NCBI GenBank assembly: GCA_951406725.2
Contig: OX597818.1
Span: 35,402,001 to 35,466,000, forward strand
From: Octopus vulgaris
Taxonomy: Eukaryota
Reading direction: 5' to 3'
DNA length: 64,000 bases
In this document: positions 40,578 to 54,429 of the stretch, one piece after another
How positions within the stretch are numbered: the stretch's first letter is position 1
Layout: every line of letters starts with the position of its first letter
The notes under the pieces: generated by a model
What the model saw: only the letters and a program-made list of their open reading frames with translations
The model's database searches: none
Told to the model about the DNA's origin: nothing
Program-made: the position numbers and the translations under genes

Positions 40578-40847
40578 CTCCAAGGCGTAGTTCTCCAGTG
40601 GCCTGCGACATATCTACATCATTTCCTACTATACATTGGTACATGCCTTGGTCATTTCTATTCACAGCCGGTAGTTGCAACCGGTTATCAACAATGATGT
40701 GTTTTCTACTGCTGTTGGTGAGGGGCTCTCCATTGTGGTACCACGTAATTTCGTTTATTGGGGAACCCTGCACTGAACAGTTGAAGGTAGCCACACGACC
40801 TGCATCAACGATTTGGTCGGCTGGATATAGAGTAGCGCTGAGCGGTG
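40578..40847 (-). CDS. Dscam: Dscam-like exon, Ig4 (270 nt, phase 1-1)
   Basis: (S)PLSATLYPADQIVDAGRVATFNCSVQGSPINEITWYHNG...DQGMYQCIVGNDVDMSQATGELRLG; AG/GT boundaries. Confidence 0.93.
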
Positions 40848-42580
40848 CTGAAATAAAATGGAAATGAATTTTTTTTCATTATTATAATATTGGTCGTTAT
40901 TGATGTTGCTGCTATCGATTCTGTTGTTGTTTATTACTATTTGTACTTAGTCCCAATTTAGTCTTCGTTGAAGAGATAGATCTACTGTCAAAGGCATTCT
41001 AGCTACGGCTGGCTCGTCTTCAATTCAAACACAGTTTATCTAGGACTACATCATGTTCAATTTTACTTACTTTATTTTAAATGGTAAAGTACGATGAGAC
41101 AGCTATTTCTAGCAGGTTGATCAACTGCGTAGACATCTCTTCTCATTGACTCATTATGACACTGGTTATTCTGACTAGTATTACAAGAAGACTGGTGATA
41201 AAGAAGTCGATAAACTATTAAGCATCCAATAATAGATCACTCACCCCAGTACTGTATAGACTGTTAACATTTATCTGTTAATATTTAACGGCAATGCTTT
41301 CATGGAAACTGGCTGTTGTTATTTATCACTAGGTCAATTTTGATCGAAAACACCTATAATTAAATAATTTCCTGCTGTGACCACCCTGTCTTTATTTTTT
41401 CAGACATAGTTTATCTAAGAATAGATTACAATGATTTTTGAAAACACATTAGGGTTGTACTTGATGAAGGTTTTTCAACTTATTTATAGGCCGAGCATTT
41501 CTTAGTGGCTTCACCTGACACTCCATAGTTACCATAAGCTAGAAAGGCTGAAGGTTACATTGAAAAATAAATGGAACCGTCTCGTAGGTTACCTATACTG
41601 ACATCAACTATTCCTGGAGTTGTGACCACAAAATAATTTGGATTCAGTTACGATTAACTACATGTCAAAATGGCCGATCATATATTGCTTGTTGCCGCCA
41701 TTTTTTTAAAGCCGAAACGTTCTTTCAATAATATATTGCTGCAAGTTATTACGTCAAGCCGACGAACACAAATATTTGACGAACTTGTCTTTGCTAGTCG
41801 TTTATTTCTGAATTAATTCAGAAACAGCGGTTGTGATAGTATGGCTGTGTGAATGGATTAGATTTCCCATAGAAACTAATTACAGGCCTTCGATTGCAAG
41901 AATAGAAGGTACAAAACAAAACAAAAGGAAATAAAAATACAGAACGAAAAGAACGAAACTAAATGCTTTAAAGCTGTTAATCCATTTGCAGAGGCGGAGG
42001 GTGGCCAGCACATCGTCCGTCTTCGAATATTGCAATTGTTGCAAGATAAAGCAATCACAAGCAGTACTGAAGAATGGAACAATTAATATAGACAGGTAGA
42101 AGATAGGAAAATGAAATGCGTAAGCAAAAAATACATAAATAAAAAGTTAAAGAAACCTATTGAAATAATGTAACAAAGAATGGATGAAATAATAAAAAAG
42201 GAAATATTGATAAATCGATGAAAAAACTGATAGCTGGCTAAATGGAAGATAAAATGAGGTGGATAGAATATTCTAAGATTGGTTTTGGGGAAAAAAAAGA
42301 TAAGCAATTGATTCGATTAGACGTTGCTTATAGCTGAATCCTATTTCTTAGAAATATATACATGAGTATAGGCATTACTGTATGGTTAGGCAGTTTTCTA
42401 CGTAAATACACCACTGTAAGTTCGATACCACCGAAGATAACCGTGGGTGAGTGTTTTCTACAATGCCCCCTAAATAATGTGTAAAAAATTTAAATTATAC
42501 ACTTAGTGAGAGGAAATATATTAGCATTTTTGATAAATGCTGTTAAGAGGAGTAACTTTGGAATTAATGTTGATTAAAAA

Positions 42581-42890
42581 TTGATTAGGGGTCTATATGA
42601 AGTAATATTTAATGTGACCTGTGGATGCTACCGTGGCAATTTTGAGTATGTTTCGAAGTTATTAGATCACCTCATTGAAATGTAGTCTTACACGCAACTA
42701 CGAAGCGAAAATGAGTACACACTTGTTATGTGAAATTGATTAGGGGTCTATATGAAGTAATATTTAATGTGACCTGTGGATGCTACCGTGGCAATTTTGA
42801 GTATGTTTCGAAGTTATTAGATCACCTCATTGAAATGTAGTCTTACACGCAACTACGAAGCGAAAATGAGTACACACTTGTTATGTGAAA
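42581..42890. repeat. Perfect 155-bp tandem duplication
   Basis: 42581-42735 is identical to 42736-42890. Confidence 0.95.
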
Positions 42891-43434
42891 CTTGGGCAAG
42901 ATTAAGCACTCTAAAAAATAATAACAACGAGAAATTTTCTAGGGGTTCCTTCTGAATAAAGACCATTTTAAGTTTCACGTACTATGTTAAGTATATTGGC
43001 ACGCACTTAGATATTTGGCTTTGTGTCTGTGCTAGGAATCATCAAAAGAGTGTGGTAACAAACAGAATCGGTAGAGAATATTCTTTTCTACTCTAGGCAC
43101 AAGGCCCGAAATTTTGTGGGAGGAGGCCAGTCGAATAGATTGACCCCAGTATACTACTGGTAATTAATTTATCGAAAGGCAAAGTCAGCATCGGAGGAAT
43201 TGGTAGAGAATATTGAAATGTAAAGTGTCTTAGACATGAAGCACAAGTAGTACAAGAATAGGTTAAGAGCGTTCATCTTTCTCTATAAACTCGTAATACT
43301 CCTCTATTCATCCAGCCACATATTGAATTCAGTTCAGTTAACACACAAACATACACACATGTTTGAAAGGATGAATAGTTATGGCTTTTTTGATAATGTT
43401 CCACTTTAATATCTAAACAGTTATAAATCATTTG

Positions 43435-43474
<40 letters not shown>

Positions 43475-43908
43475 GATAAAGCTGTTTCCAACAAAAATTA
43501 CTTTGTTATTTAGAAAGTTATATGTGTCGTATTACGCCAACGACTATTTGGCCATTCGATAGAGTCAACAAAGTAAAATAATCGATACATTGAAGGTAGT
43601 GTCTCAGCATGGTTCTGTCCGAAGTCTGAAACCAGTAGAAAAGCAAAACAATACGCGAGCACACACACACATACACACGTGCACACTTTCGGGTGCACAC
43701 GCATACATATATCAGACTATATCAACAGTTGGCACACACATATTTATGCTCTCTCGTGAGTGGTTTCAAGCCTATTACTAAGCCTAGTCATAATGCCGTG
43801 ATTTATAATATATTGGTATGTGCTTGTGTGTTTGTCTGTGTGTATGTGCGTTTATACAACGTACTTCCTTCCTAGTTACTTAAGAACAAAATAAAATAAT
43901 AAACTTAC

Positions 43909-44196
43909 ATGTAACCGTTAACTGTATTGACACTGAAGTTGAACCTTTCTTATTAAAAACCCCACATTTATAGACTCCGCTGTCTGTAACAGTTAAATTG
44001 TGTATCACAAGGTTTCCACCCTTTTGTTCAAATTTCTTTTTATCACTGACAATCGTTTTGCTGCCTTTTGTCCATTTGTAGTTTGGTAGAGGATTGCCTG
44101 TGGCTACACATGGTAGTTCCGCTGTCTTTCCAACCTGGATAATCAAACCTGTATCAGTCGTTTCAATATTTGGTGTCTTCCAAATAACTGGAGGAT
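43909..44196 (-). CDS. Dscam: Dscam-like exon, Ig3 (288 nt, phase 1-1)
   Basis: (D)PPVIWKTPNIETTDTGLIIQVGKTAELPCVATGNPLPNYKW...GGNLVIHNLTVTDSGVYKCGVFNKKGSTSVSIQLTVT; acceptor TTTTCAG, donor GTAAGT. Confidence 0.92.
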
Positions 44197-44907
44197 CTGA
44201 AAATTAAAAGAAGAAAATACAAAGAATTGTAATGCAATTGTTATTATTATGAAAAGCTATGGAATGGAAATAAACTTGAAACCGCAAGACAAAATGCCCT
44301 ACAGCGATTTATTACGTCTCTACTTTTAGAAATAATTATAAATGGAACATAATGATAATCTATTCTTTTCTCAATAAGCTATTAGGATTTGCTGAAAGCT
44401 GAGAGCCTTAAACACTTTTACAAAATCATTACACATAGTAATTTATCTCGTAAGATTTTGATATGTAAAAGTTATTAAATCAAAATTCAAAATATTTAAG
44501 TCTTTTTCACGCCAATAAAATAAAACATTCTAATTATTTAAATGTCTTTATTCTTTTTTTCATCAGTGCAAAAATTGCCTTAATATAATAAAAGATAAAA
44601 ACATCATCGTTTCATAAAATTCTTCATTCTTCACGTTTTGTCATGCTGAAGGATTCTAAAAAGACTAAAATAGTGTTTTGCATGATTACCCCGACTACAA
44701 ATTTTAAGAACGTTATTATAAATAAGCAAAAAGATGAAAAAATATATATGTGTATACTATGCCTCTTTTTCTTTCTTAATTTCAGAAAGAAACATTTAAT
44801 TCTGCCAAATACTATGAAGAAATGATTATCTCCCTTGTATACGCTCTCCACTAGGACACAACTACACATATTTCCTTAAAATAACTTCTAATATTCACTT
44901 CGTATAA

Positions 44908-45120
44908 GGTGGCGAGCTAGTAGAATCGTTAGCACGCCGAAAATGCTTAATGGCATTTTGTCGGTCTTCATATTCTGAGTTTAACTTTCGCCGAGGTTGA
45001 TTTTGCCTTTCATCCTTACGGGATTAATAAAATAAGTAAGTACCAGGTGAAGACTGAGGTCGATGTAATAGACTTGTCTCCTTCCCAGAAATTCCTGGCT
45101 CTGTGCCAAAATTTGAAACC
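44908..45120 (+). mobile_element. Degenerate tRNA-derived SINE
   Basis: GGTGGCGAGCTAGTAGAATCGTTAGCACGCC head and core. Confidence 0.7.
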
Positions 45121-45263
45121 AACATTTACTTCATATTACAACCCTGTAGATTTTTCACGTACCTATACGTAGCATGTATTAAGATCAAATCAATCGAATA
45201 CGAAACTACAAGCCACATACATTTCATTAACTTGTAATCGCATATCAATATAAGAAATCATTC

Positions 45264-45491
45264 CGGCGAGCTGGCAGAAACGTTAGCACGCCGGGAAAAA
45301 TGCGTAGCCATATTTCGTCTGCCGTGACGTTCTGAGTTCAAATTCCACTAAGGTCGACTTTGCCTTTCATCCTTTCGGGATCGGTAAATAAAGTACTAGT
45401 TACGCACTGGAGTCGATGTAATCGACTTAATCCCTTTGTTTGTCATAGTTTGTCCCCTCTATGTTTAGCCCCTTGTGAGCAATAAAGAAAT
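45264..45491 (+). mobile_element. tRNA-derived SINE with 16-bp TSD
   Basis: TSD ATATAAGAAATCATTC at 45248-45263 and 45492-45507; B box GAGTTCAAATTC. Confidence 0.92.
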
Positions 45492-46133
45492 ATATAAGAA
45501 ATCATTCGGGATCATCCAAACATTTTTTTATGAATTTCACCTAATTAATTAATTCGCAAGTGGTCGACAAATTTGAACTTAAAATATACTAAAGAATACA
45601 CTACAAATATTTATGATATTTATGATCACTTATATATTCTTATAGAAAAAAACAATTGTAAATTATATTTCTTTCAAATTATTTTCCTGATAGAATTTCT
45701 GACATCTACTTTATTCCTTGTGTGTTATATCAACTAACCAGAATGACAAATGAATGGCAGGACAGGTTGAATAAAATATTCCGTTATATATGGTAGTGCC
45801 TTTTTATAGTCTGAATTCAAATCCCGCCCAGGTTCACTCCTCCAGTTATGTTTTCACGGTGGATGAAACAAATACAACTCGATTAAATAAGCACTAAAGC
45901 CAGTGTAATCGACTACACCATAGACAGTGGTGCCTGAGAATTGCTACAGTCCAGTGATTGCAAACAGTTGAAAAATAAACCACACGCTCTACCTTTTACA
46001 ATTTGTGGCATTATGCCAGTCTGTGATATTATTTTTAACTCAGTGATCTTGAGAGAGAGAAAGAGAGAGACAGAGGGAGAGAGAAATTGAGCGAGAGAGG
46101 GAGAGAAAGTGAGTGTGGGAGAGCGGGAAAGGG

Positions 46134-46167
<34 letters not shown>

Positions 46168-46289
46168 TATCATTATTTCAACTTCACTCATTATAAAAAC
46201 GCTGATATATTTCACACACGAATAAATATAAGTATGCACTCAAACTGGCTTTTCATTTTTCCTATTGTTCTTGTTACATTAACGCGTGC

Positions 46290-46575
46290 ACACACATACA
46301 CACATACATATGTATACATACATGCATATCTATATATATTCATTTATATATATTTTTACATACATTTCTATATATATTCATATATGTACATTTATATATA
46401 GATATATATGTACATTTCTATATATATTCATATATATATATACATTTCTACATATATTCATATATATATATAGATATATATTCATATATGTACATTTATA
46501 TATATATATATATATAGATATATATGTGTACATTTCTATATATATTCATATGTATATATATACATTTCTATATAT

Positions 46576-46620
<45 letters not shown>

Positions 46621-46640
46621 GTATAAATACATACATTTCT

Positions 46641-46679
<39 letters not shown>

Positions 46680-46695
46680 TACATACATATATACT

Positions 46696-46730
<35 letters not shown>

Positions 46731-46744
46731 GATATATATATGTA

Positions 46745-46817
<73 letters not shown>
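46290..46817. repeat. (TA)-rich compound microsatellite
   Basis: Direct reading. Confidence 0.95.
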
Positions 46818-47215
46818 GAAACTATGCACGCTCTTTTCTATTGTGCATAAAAAGAAGTTCACACATACCTGCATAAACTACAAACAAATACACTGAAATA
46901 ACGATGTACTACGCAACAAAAATCCTATACATACATACCCATACGTATACGTGTGCAAAGTCATGCAAGTAAAGTTTGGATATAAACACATAAACATCAT
47001 CAAAGCCGGAGCACATATAGTTATGCACTTTCAACCGCATGCATGCTCATGAACATAAACTAATGAATATATTTCTACACCATTTCATGCACATTGATGT
47101 GCATGCACTAGCAAAAAAACACACAGAGAAAAATTATGCCGAGGGCAGAACCACACATGTTTACGACTGTACATACATAGACACAGGTACGTAGAATTGA
47201 TTATTTTTGACTTAC

Positions 47216-47362
47216 CATGGACGTGTATAGAAGCAGCAGGACTTGTCTTAGTATCTTGTGTCAGTATATTTCGTGTCACGCAACGATATACCAAAGAGGC
47301 ATCTGAATCCTGCACGTTGCGGACATGTAGTTCTCCATTGTTCATGGCAGAAACTCGGTCGT
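47216..47362 (-). CDS. Dscam: Dscam-like exon, C-terminal half of Ig2 (147 nt, phase 1-1)
   Basis: (H)DRVSAMNNGELHVRNVQDSDASLVYRCVTRNILTQDTKTSPAASIHVH; GELH.R.V..D...YRC.T...LT motif; TGCAG/GTAAGT boundaries. Confidence 0.92.
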
Positions 47363-47769
47363 CTGCAATAATTTACGTTGTTCAGTTATATACAAAGATT
47401 CACATACTGCGTATCTACGTATACAATATATATATACACACACACACACATATATACATATATACATACATACACACACAAATATATATATATACATACA
47501 TACACACACACAGATATATATATACATGCATAACAGACACACACACACACACACACATATATATGTATATATATATATACACATACATACATACATACAT
47601 ACATACATACATACATACATACATACATACATACATACAAATATACATACATAGCGGATCGATTAAGAAATTAAAACATTTCGTAGTTCATCCGACTAAG
47701 TCCCGTTTTGTGCAAATCTCTTTTAGCACACACTCGTGTGCACTCGCACATATGTGTGAGAATGTATGC

Positions 47770-47810
<41 letters not shown>

Positions 47811-48442
47811 CGTGTGTGTGCGTGCGTTCTTGTGTATTCTTCATCTAGGGATTCTCAACGAGCAATATAAACATAGACAGATGGAAACGTGTCTTAATAC
47901 ACACTATCTTCGTTTAAAAACAGTCTTTGTATTTAATTTGCTATCACTGAATTGTTGAGGGTTTCACGAATGACGTTACCTTGTTTAATTGCCAGCGAAT
48001 CATCGCTTATAAACTCATTATGTTAGGTGCTTAACAAAATTAGACAGAACGATTTGTATATGTAACAACGCTCTTAGCAGCCAATTCATTGAATAAACTA
48101 CTAGTATGTTACTTGTATTAACTAATGTTCAAATATAAACAACTTGTTTAGATTAGAAGATTAACCTCTGCGTAGGTTTCTAGTTTTTAAATTAACCAAT
48201 ATTTCGTAGCAATAAATGAAATAGTTTCAGACAAAGTGTCTGTAACTTCATTATAGAGTCTCTCCTTTTCTTTTTGAGGTAGTATTGTGTGGTTTAATAT
48301 ATATATTTATCTTGTATTTCTAACATGTTCAGCACCAATTTAAGGGCCTCCCTCTACTGACTGTTGATTTAGAAGTTTAATAAAATATTTACTTCGATTT
48401 TACACTGGTGTATGGTGGCCTTAATAGAATGTAGATACTTAC

Positions 48443-48601
48443 GGTCGGTGATAGGCTTTGAATCCTGAGTCCATTTCGTAACCTTAATGTATTCATTCAC
48501 AAAACGTGGGTTAATGAGACACTTTAAGATGGCTGTACCGTTGCTGATTACCCAGACATCGTTTAACTGAACATTGTAGATTTTGTATCGGTCCACAACA
48601 A
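48443..48601 (-). CDS. Dscam: Dscam-like exon, N-terminal half of Ig2 (159 nt, phase 1-1)
   Basis: VVDRYKIYNVQLNDVWVISNGTAILKCLINPRFVNEYIKVTKWTQDSKPITD; TTTTTGCAG/GTAAGT boundaries; positional equivalent of insect Dscam exon 4. Confidence 0.92.
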
Positions 48602-48959
48602 CTGCAAAAAATAGGAAGAAGTGAGAAAGGATAAAAAAGAAACCTACATTTAAGTTTGTATAGTGATAGTATAACGATATCTACAAGTCAAAATATCATA
48701 CGGTGTATCGGGAGGGAGTGGAGGAAAACGTTGTTGTCAAAAGCTTGGGATCATGAACGACGAAGAACTAAACAGTTAAACATAAAATAATCCATATATA
48801 ATGGATGATGCATGGATCTTGACATGTGGTTCATTATTGATAATAATACAAGGACTCAATACATGGATGCAATATTTTTGTTTACTAGTTTGTTTGATTG
48901 GGGTTAAGCGTCAATGTACGCGATACATGAATATATATAAGGAAAAGATAATATTCTTT

Positions 48960-49645
48960 TCTTATCTAGGCACAAGGTCCGAAGTTTTAGGGGACGGGGC
49001 CAGTCGATTAGATTGACCCCAGTACATAACTGATACTTACTTTATCGACCCCGAAAGAATGAAAGGCAAAGTTGACCTCGGCGGAATTTGAACTCAGAAC
49101 GTAAAGACAGATGAAATACCGCAAACATTTCGCCCGGTGTGCTGACATTTCTTATCTCTTTATTGTCCACAAGGGGCTAAACATAGAGAGGACAAACAAG
49201 GACAGATGAAGGGATTAAGTCGATTACATCGACCCCAGTCCGTAACTCGCACTTAATTTATCGACCCTGAAAGGATGAAAGGCAAACGGATTAAGTCGAT
49301 TACATCAACCCCAGTGCGTAACTGATACTTATTTAATCGACCCCGAAAGGATGAAAGGCAAAGTCGACAGCGGCGGAATTTCAACTCAGAATGTAAAGAC
49401 AGACAAAAAACCTATTTTTTTACTACCCACAAGGAGCTAAACACAGAGGAGATAAACAAGGAGAGACAGACGGATTAAGTCGATTATATCGACCCCAGTG
49501 CTTAACTGGTACTTAATTTATCGACCCCGAAAGGATGAAAGGCAAAGTCAACCTCGGCAGAATTTGAACTCATAACGTAGTGGCAGACGAAATACCACTA
49601 AGCATTTCGCCCGGCGTGCTAACGATTCTGCTAGCTTGCCGCCTT
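48960..49645 (-). mobile_element. Head-to-tail array of about 4 partial or complete copies of the abundant tRNA-derived SINE
   Basis: Repeated TCGACCCCGAAAGGATGAAAGGCAAAG cores; head at 49645. Confidence 0.88.
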
Positions 49646-49839
49646 AATATATCGATAAAGTGGCCATGAAGATTACTTTTCAGTTCGTATACTGCTTCTA
49701 TCTCAAACTGAGATTTTCTAATGGACTAGTTTCCTAGTTACATTCTAGTTACACAATCAGTGATTGTATGACACTGCATTTATTATATACTTCAAACGAG
49801 GTTAAACAAACATGTATATACATATATATACATATATAC

Positions 49840-49987
49840 GACGGGCTTGTTTCAGTTTCCGTCTACCAAATCCACTCACAAGGCCATAGTAGAAGACACT
49901 TGCCCAAGGTGCCACGCAGTGGGACTGAACCCGGAACCATGTGGTTGGTAAGCAAGCTACTTACCACAAAGCCACTCCTGCGCCTAC
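49840..49987 (-). mobile_element. tRNA-derived SINE, third family (fragments also at about 28050-28120, 34300-34410 and 42370-42460)
   Basis: rc GGCGCAGGAGTGGCTTTGTGGTAAG...GGTTCAGTCCCACTGCGTGGCACCTTGGGCAAGTGTC. Confidence 0.75.
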
Positions 49988-50539
49988 GTATATTGAAAAA
50001 TAAGAATATTTGAGATGCACAAGTATAAGCTTATTTTCTATTATAATACCAAACAAACGGGTGTAGTTTTAATTCTAATTGTTTGCATCGCTATATTGAG
50101 TATATTAACATCAACTTTTAGTAGTTGCCTCGACTGGACTGCCAGGATTTTAATGTCTTACGTAACAACTGTGATTGATAATCACATACCTAAACATTTT
50201 GACCGGATGCATTTCTATATATTTCTGGTATTCACATTCGCTTACTTTCTTCTCCAAAATGAACTCCAGGAAATTGATGAGAATTTTACCGAAGGGGAAA
50301 TTCCTTGCCGCCAGTTCTATCATCTTTGTTCATCTTGCAATCAATTTTGTCATAGCTACGTAACAAGTGATAGATGTCTGCTCTAGTAGTGGGGGATAAT
50401 CCTCATGTTGAACACGGCAATCCGAAGAGATGAGGCGCACAACTGATCTCGACATGATTCGGACTCTACGGAAAGAGCATTATTTCCGACCCTCTAAGGA
50501 TGTTGCTAGCTTCCAGTATTTAATCACTTCTCGTTTTAG

Positions 50540-51538
50540 CTTAAAGTCAGCAATTTTGAGGTGGTGAGTGTTAGTCGATACCGTAAGCTCTGTACTTGAC
50601 TGATACTTTATTTCATCTTCGAAAGGGAAAAAAGGCGAAGTTAACTTTAGCAGGATTTGAACTCAGAAGGTAGCATGTCTGAATGCATACCACAAGGGAT
50701 TTTGTCCAATGATTTAGTTATTCTGTCAAGCGGTGCCTATTAATATAGAGATCATAATAATTGTTTATTGCATGGGCAAAAGGCGCGATATTTGGAGGAG
50801 GGATATGGTAAATATCAACCCAGTTCTTGACTGACACTTTGTTTCATTGACTCTAAAAGGTTGAAAGCAATGTTGGCTTTAGCGGATGATCATAAAGTTA
50901 ATAATAATTCTTAATAAGGATTTCGTTTATTAGAATAATATTCTCTTCGCTCAACAGAATCAATTTTTTTTTATAGAGATATGTTTGATTACTGATAGTG
51001 GATTAAATTCAATGACATATTCAGCGAACCTCGCACTTGAAGATATTTAGATGGGTGACCTACTATTTCTGCCGATTTAAAAAAAATGACCAAAAGGTCC
51101 TTCCCTAGTCAAAATTTCATAAGGCCGGTTTCCCGGATTGTGTGGCATAAATATAACCCCTGGATGAGACGCCGGTCCATTCCAGCGTTGCTCATTTTCA
51201 CTAGTGTCAAATGGAGCAACGTGAAATGAAATTCTTTACTCAAGAACACAACGCATCGCCTGATCCAGGAATCGAAACCATAACCACACCATAACCACAA
51301 AGTCACGAGTCTCCATAATAATATTCCTTTCTGCTATAGGCAAAAATCCTAAAACCTTGTGGGAGTGGAATAGTCGATTATATTGACCCCAGTGTTCCAC
51401 TGGTACTTCTTTTACCGGACCCTAAAGGATGAAAATGAAAATCGACCTAAGCCAGATTTGAATTCAGAACGTATAGACGGACGAAATGCCGTTAAGCATT
51501 TTGCTCGACGTTTTAACGATTCTGCTAGCTCACCGCCT
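50540..51538 (-). mobile_element. Cluster of degenerate SINE fragments
   Basis: Partial matches to the families at 63491 and 33801. Confidence 0.6.
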
Positions 51539-52266
51539 GCTCCTCCATAATATTATTAACAACTCCTTATAACGAAATGCTAATCGCAAAGCGAGAATAC
51601 GACATCCATACAATTTTCACAAGACTATTAACAGCATAACTGAAACTGTTCCCAAAAGAATAACACACTCAGGTTACATATCCTTGGAGAAATACAAGGC
51701 AAATAGATCTCAGTGGGATTTGAACAGAAAATAAAAGCAAATTAATATAACTAAATATAAGCTACTTAAATAAAAAGAAATTGCTCTTCTTTGTAGTAGC
51801 AGCATTGTAATTGTTAGATGTTGATGGTGTTAACAAGAGTAACAATAAGCAACTTATACTGCCATTGAGGTAACCTTGAAATACAGTATGTAAACATATC
51901 TATTTGTGTAAAAACATAAAAAAAAACTAACATTTGAAAGTATATGTGTTGACTACGTTTGTGAGTGTTAGCGTGTGTGCATGTTTTATGCTTTTGTTTG
52001 AGCTTGTGTGCACGTTTTATAGAAATCTTGTTTCAACGCGTGTTCGTATGTGTTTGTGTATATACTGCTGATTATTTTTCTTTAGACATTTTTTGAATTG
52101 AATGAGTTTTTACTTCGTGTTTTTTTTAATTTTTTTTTTTTTAGTTAACACCAAAATAAGGAATAAATAGATAATCCACAAATATATGTGAACGATTTTA
52201 GTTTTAGAAATATTGCATTTCTAAATTTCTCAGAGAGACTTATACAGTAGCAGCACGATAAAGAGC

Positions 52267-52634
52267 TGGTTTGTTGCCAACTTAATGTGGCATTCCCAGG
52301 AAAGGGAAGAATGCTACTGCTAATTAGCCCCAGGAAACACCGTTTCCTGTTGGCTATGTGACACAAGCGTAATGTGTCCTTATGTTTTCAAAGCTGAATA
52401 AGCATCGACAGCTAGTAAGCCAAGCTACTCAAGACTGGTGAAGAGCAAAGACTCTGAAACTAGTCTCTGATTGCTGGCTTTGCTGGGTGGAGGTGCTTAT
52501 CTCCCCTGTTTGAAAACACAATAACACAGCACGCTTGTGTCACATAGCCAACTAGAAGCGGTGTTTCCTGGGGTTAAATAGCAGTAGCATTCTTCCCTTT
52601 TCTGGGACAGCCGCATTAAGTTGGCAACAAACCA
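52267..52634 (+). mobile_element. Rod-like foldback element with an apical hammerhead motif (copy 1, full)
   Basis: 52267-52370 is the approximate reverse complement of 52531-52634, with pairing continuing inward; hammerhead at 52432-52468. Confidence 0.85.
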
Positions 52635-52910
52635 TCAGTTTTAGTTTTATAAAAATCAAGTGGTGTAAACCAATAGAAATTGAAAATAGTGATATCAAAA
52701 TCTAGGGCGTACTGTTATTTCGCGAACTTAAATAGCTATATACGCACTATCACAATACTTCTATCCCAATACCCTGTGAGTAAAGGCATACCAAAAAAAG
52801 ACGTTCTGCTTATACTAAAATTTCTTCTATTCATTCAGATGTAGTGTCTGCCTTGTAACTACATCACCCACTGCGCCCTTCAATTTTTAAAAATGGTATA
52901 GTGTGAGTTG

Positions 52911-53090
52911 TGTCCTTATGTTTTCAAAGGTGAATAAGCGTTGACAACAAGCAAACCAAGCTACTCCAGACTGATGAAGATCAATGACTCTGAAACTAAT
53001 CTCTAAATGTTGGCTTTGATGGGTGGAAGTGTTTATCTCCCTTGTTGGAAAACATAATGACACAGCACGCTTGTGTCACATAGCCAATTA
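52911..53090 (+). mobile_element. Copy 2 (core only) with a canonical CTGATGA core, flanked by a 20-bp direct repeat
   Basis: AAATGGTATAGTGTGAGTTG at 52891-52910 and 53101-53120; hammerhead at 52968-53004. Confidence 0.8.
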
Positions 53091-54429
53091 GTATTTTTTT
53101 AAATGGTATAGTGTGAGTTGATGAAGATTTTGGTGCTATTTCTGGATGGTAGGCAGGTGTGTTTTCGTTGACACGAAGTGCTATAAGTGAGGTGTTCGGG
53201 TAGATACAGCAGTCGAGTACTAAGCTCCAAGGTTTCGAACTCAAAATCACTACAGGTGTTCCATTGTCTATTGATTAGTGAACTTAGTTATAAACACTTT
53301 AATATAACAACTGAGAATGTTCTCTGCAATACATTTCCACTAGGAACCCTTCGGGCTGTGATGTCATTCAAAATAAAAATTTAAACATTTCACCAAATCT
53401 TCTTTCGGTTTATCAGAGAGAAAAATAAGCTGTTAAAGGCGTAACATCTAAATTAATATCCAAAGAAGATTATTACGCTTTCAAAGTGAACACATGAACA
53501 TTTTAATTGAGTTATTTAGCCACTTGTGTTCCACTGGCATTCTCCTATCTTCAAATAACAAGTCTATGTATATTGAATTATTTGCATGTGAGTATACATG
53601 TTTGTTACAGTGCATTCATACTCAAGATTTGTGTGTGTGATTCTATGTCTTCGTTTGTGCGTATGTCTACAAATGTAGTGTATCCGTTTCGTTATTATAT
53701 GATAGAGTACAGATATGCCTAATATTAGAATAATTGCTTTTATTTTCAACTGAAATATAGTGATAGCGCTTTCACATACTCACAAAATACACTTACTTTC
53801 ATGTAAGAATAAGACGAAAGAATAAGACATACAAACACGGACGTTCATAGGCAGACATATGTTAACATAGACACGAACATGTGTACACAAAAGCAAAGCC
53901 ACACACGATATTTACAAATGCATTCAAACACACGTGCAAACACCGACGCACACATTATAATGCTGTTAGTTGGTTCTTTTCCAAGGAAGCCAACTATTTG
54001 TTGCCTTCAATAACTCAGCGTGATCTAATTAGTGTAGTTACCAACTACTTAAAACAGAGAGGCAAAATTCCGTTTTACATCAATGTACATGACATGGCCT
54101 CAATATAGCTAGTTATGTTTCTAGAGGGAATTAGTTTTCCCCTACGCATAGAATATTCTCTATAAATTGGCTCCTTTGTTTCTATTATATAGAAACTATC
54201 ATTTTAGTAATGCAAAAATATAGGTTGAAAATATAAAGGATGAACAAACTGCGACTCCATCTTGTTGTGGTTGTACTACTCCAGGGAATTTCTGACTGAG
54301 TAGACTTATGATATAAAAAGGTTCCAGCCGTGACCATTTCGTTATTTTACCTCCATTTCTGTGTACACCGGACTAAATTATCTGCATTTTTTTCTTTAAA
54401 CGGCAACGAATGAGTCGCGGAAAATATAA

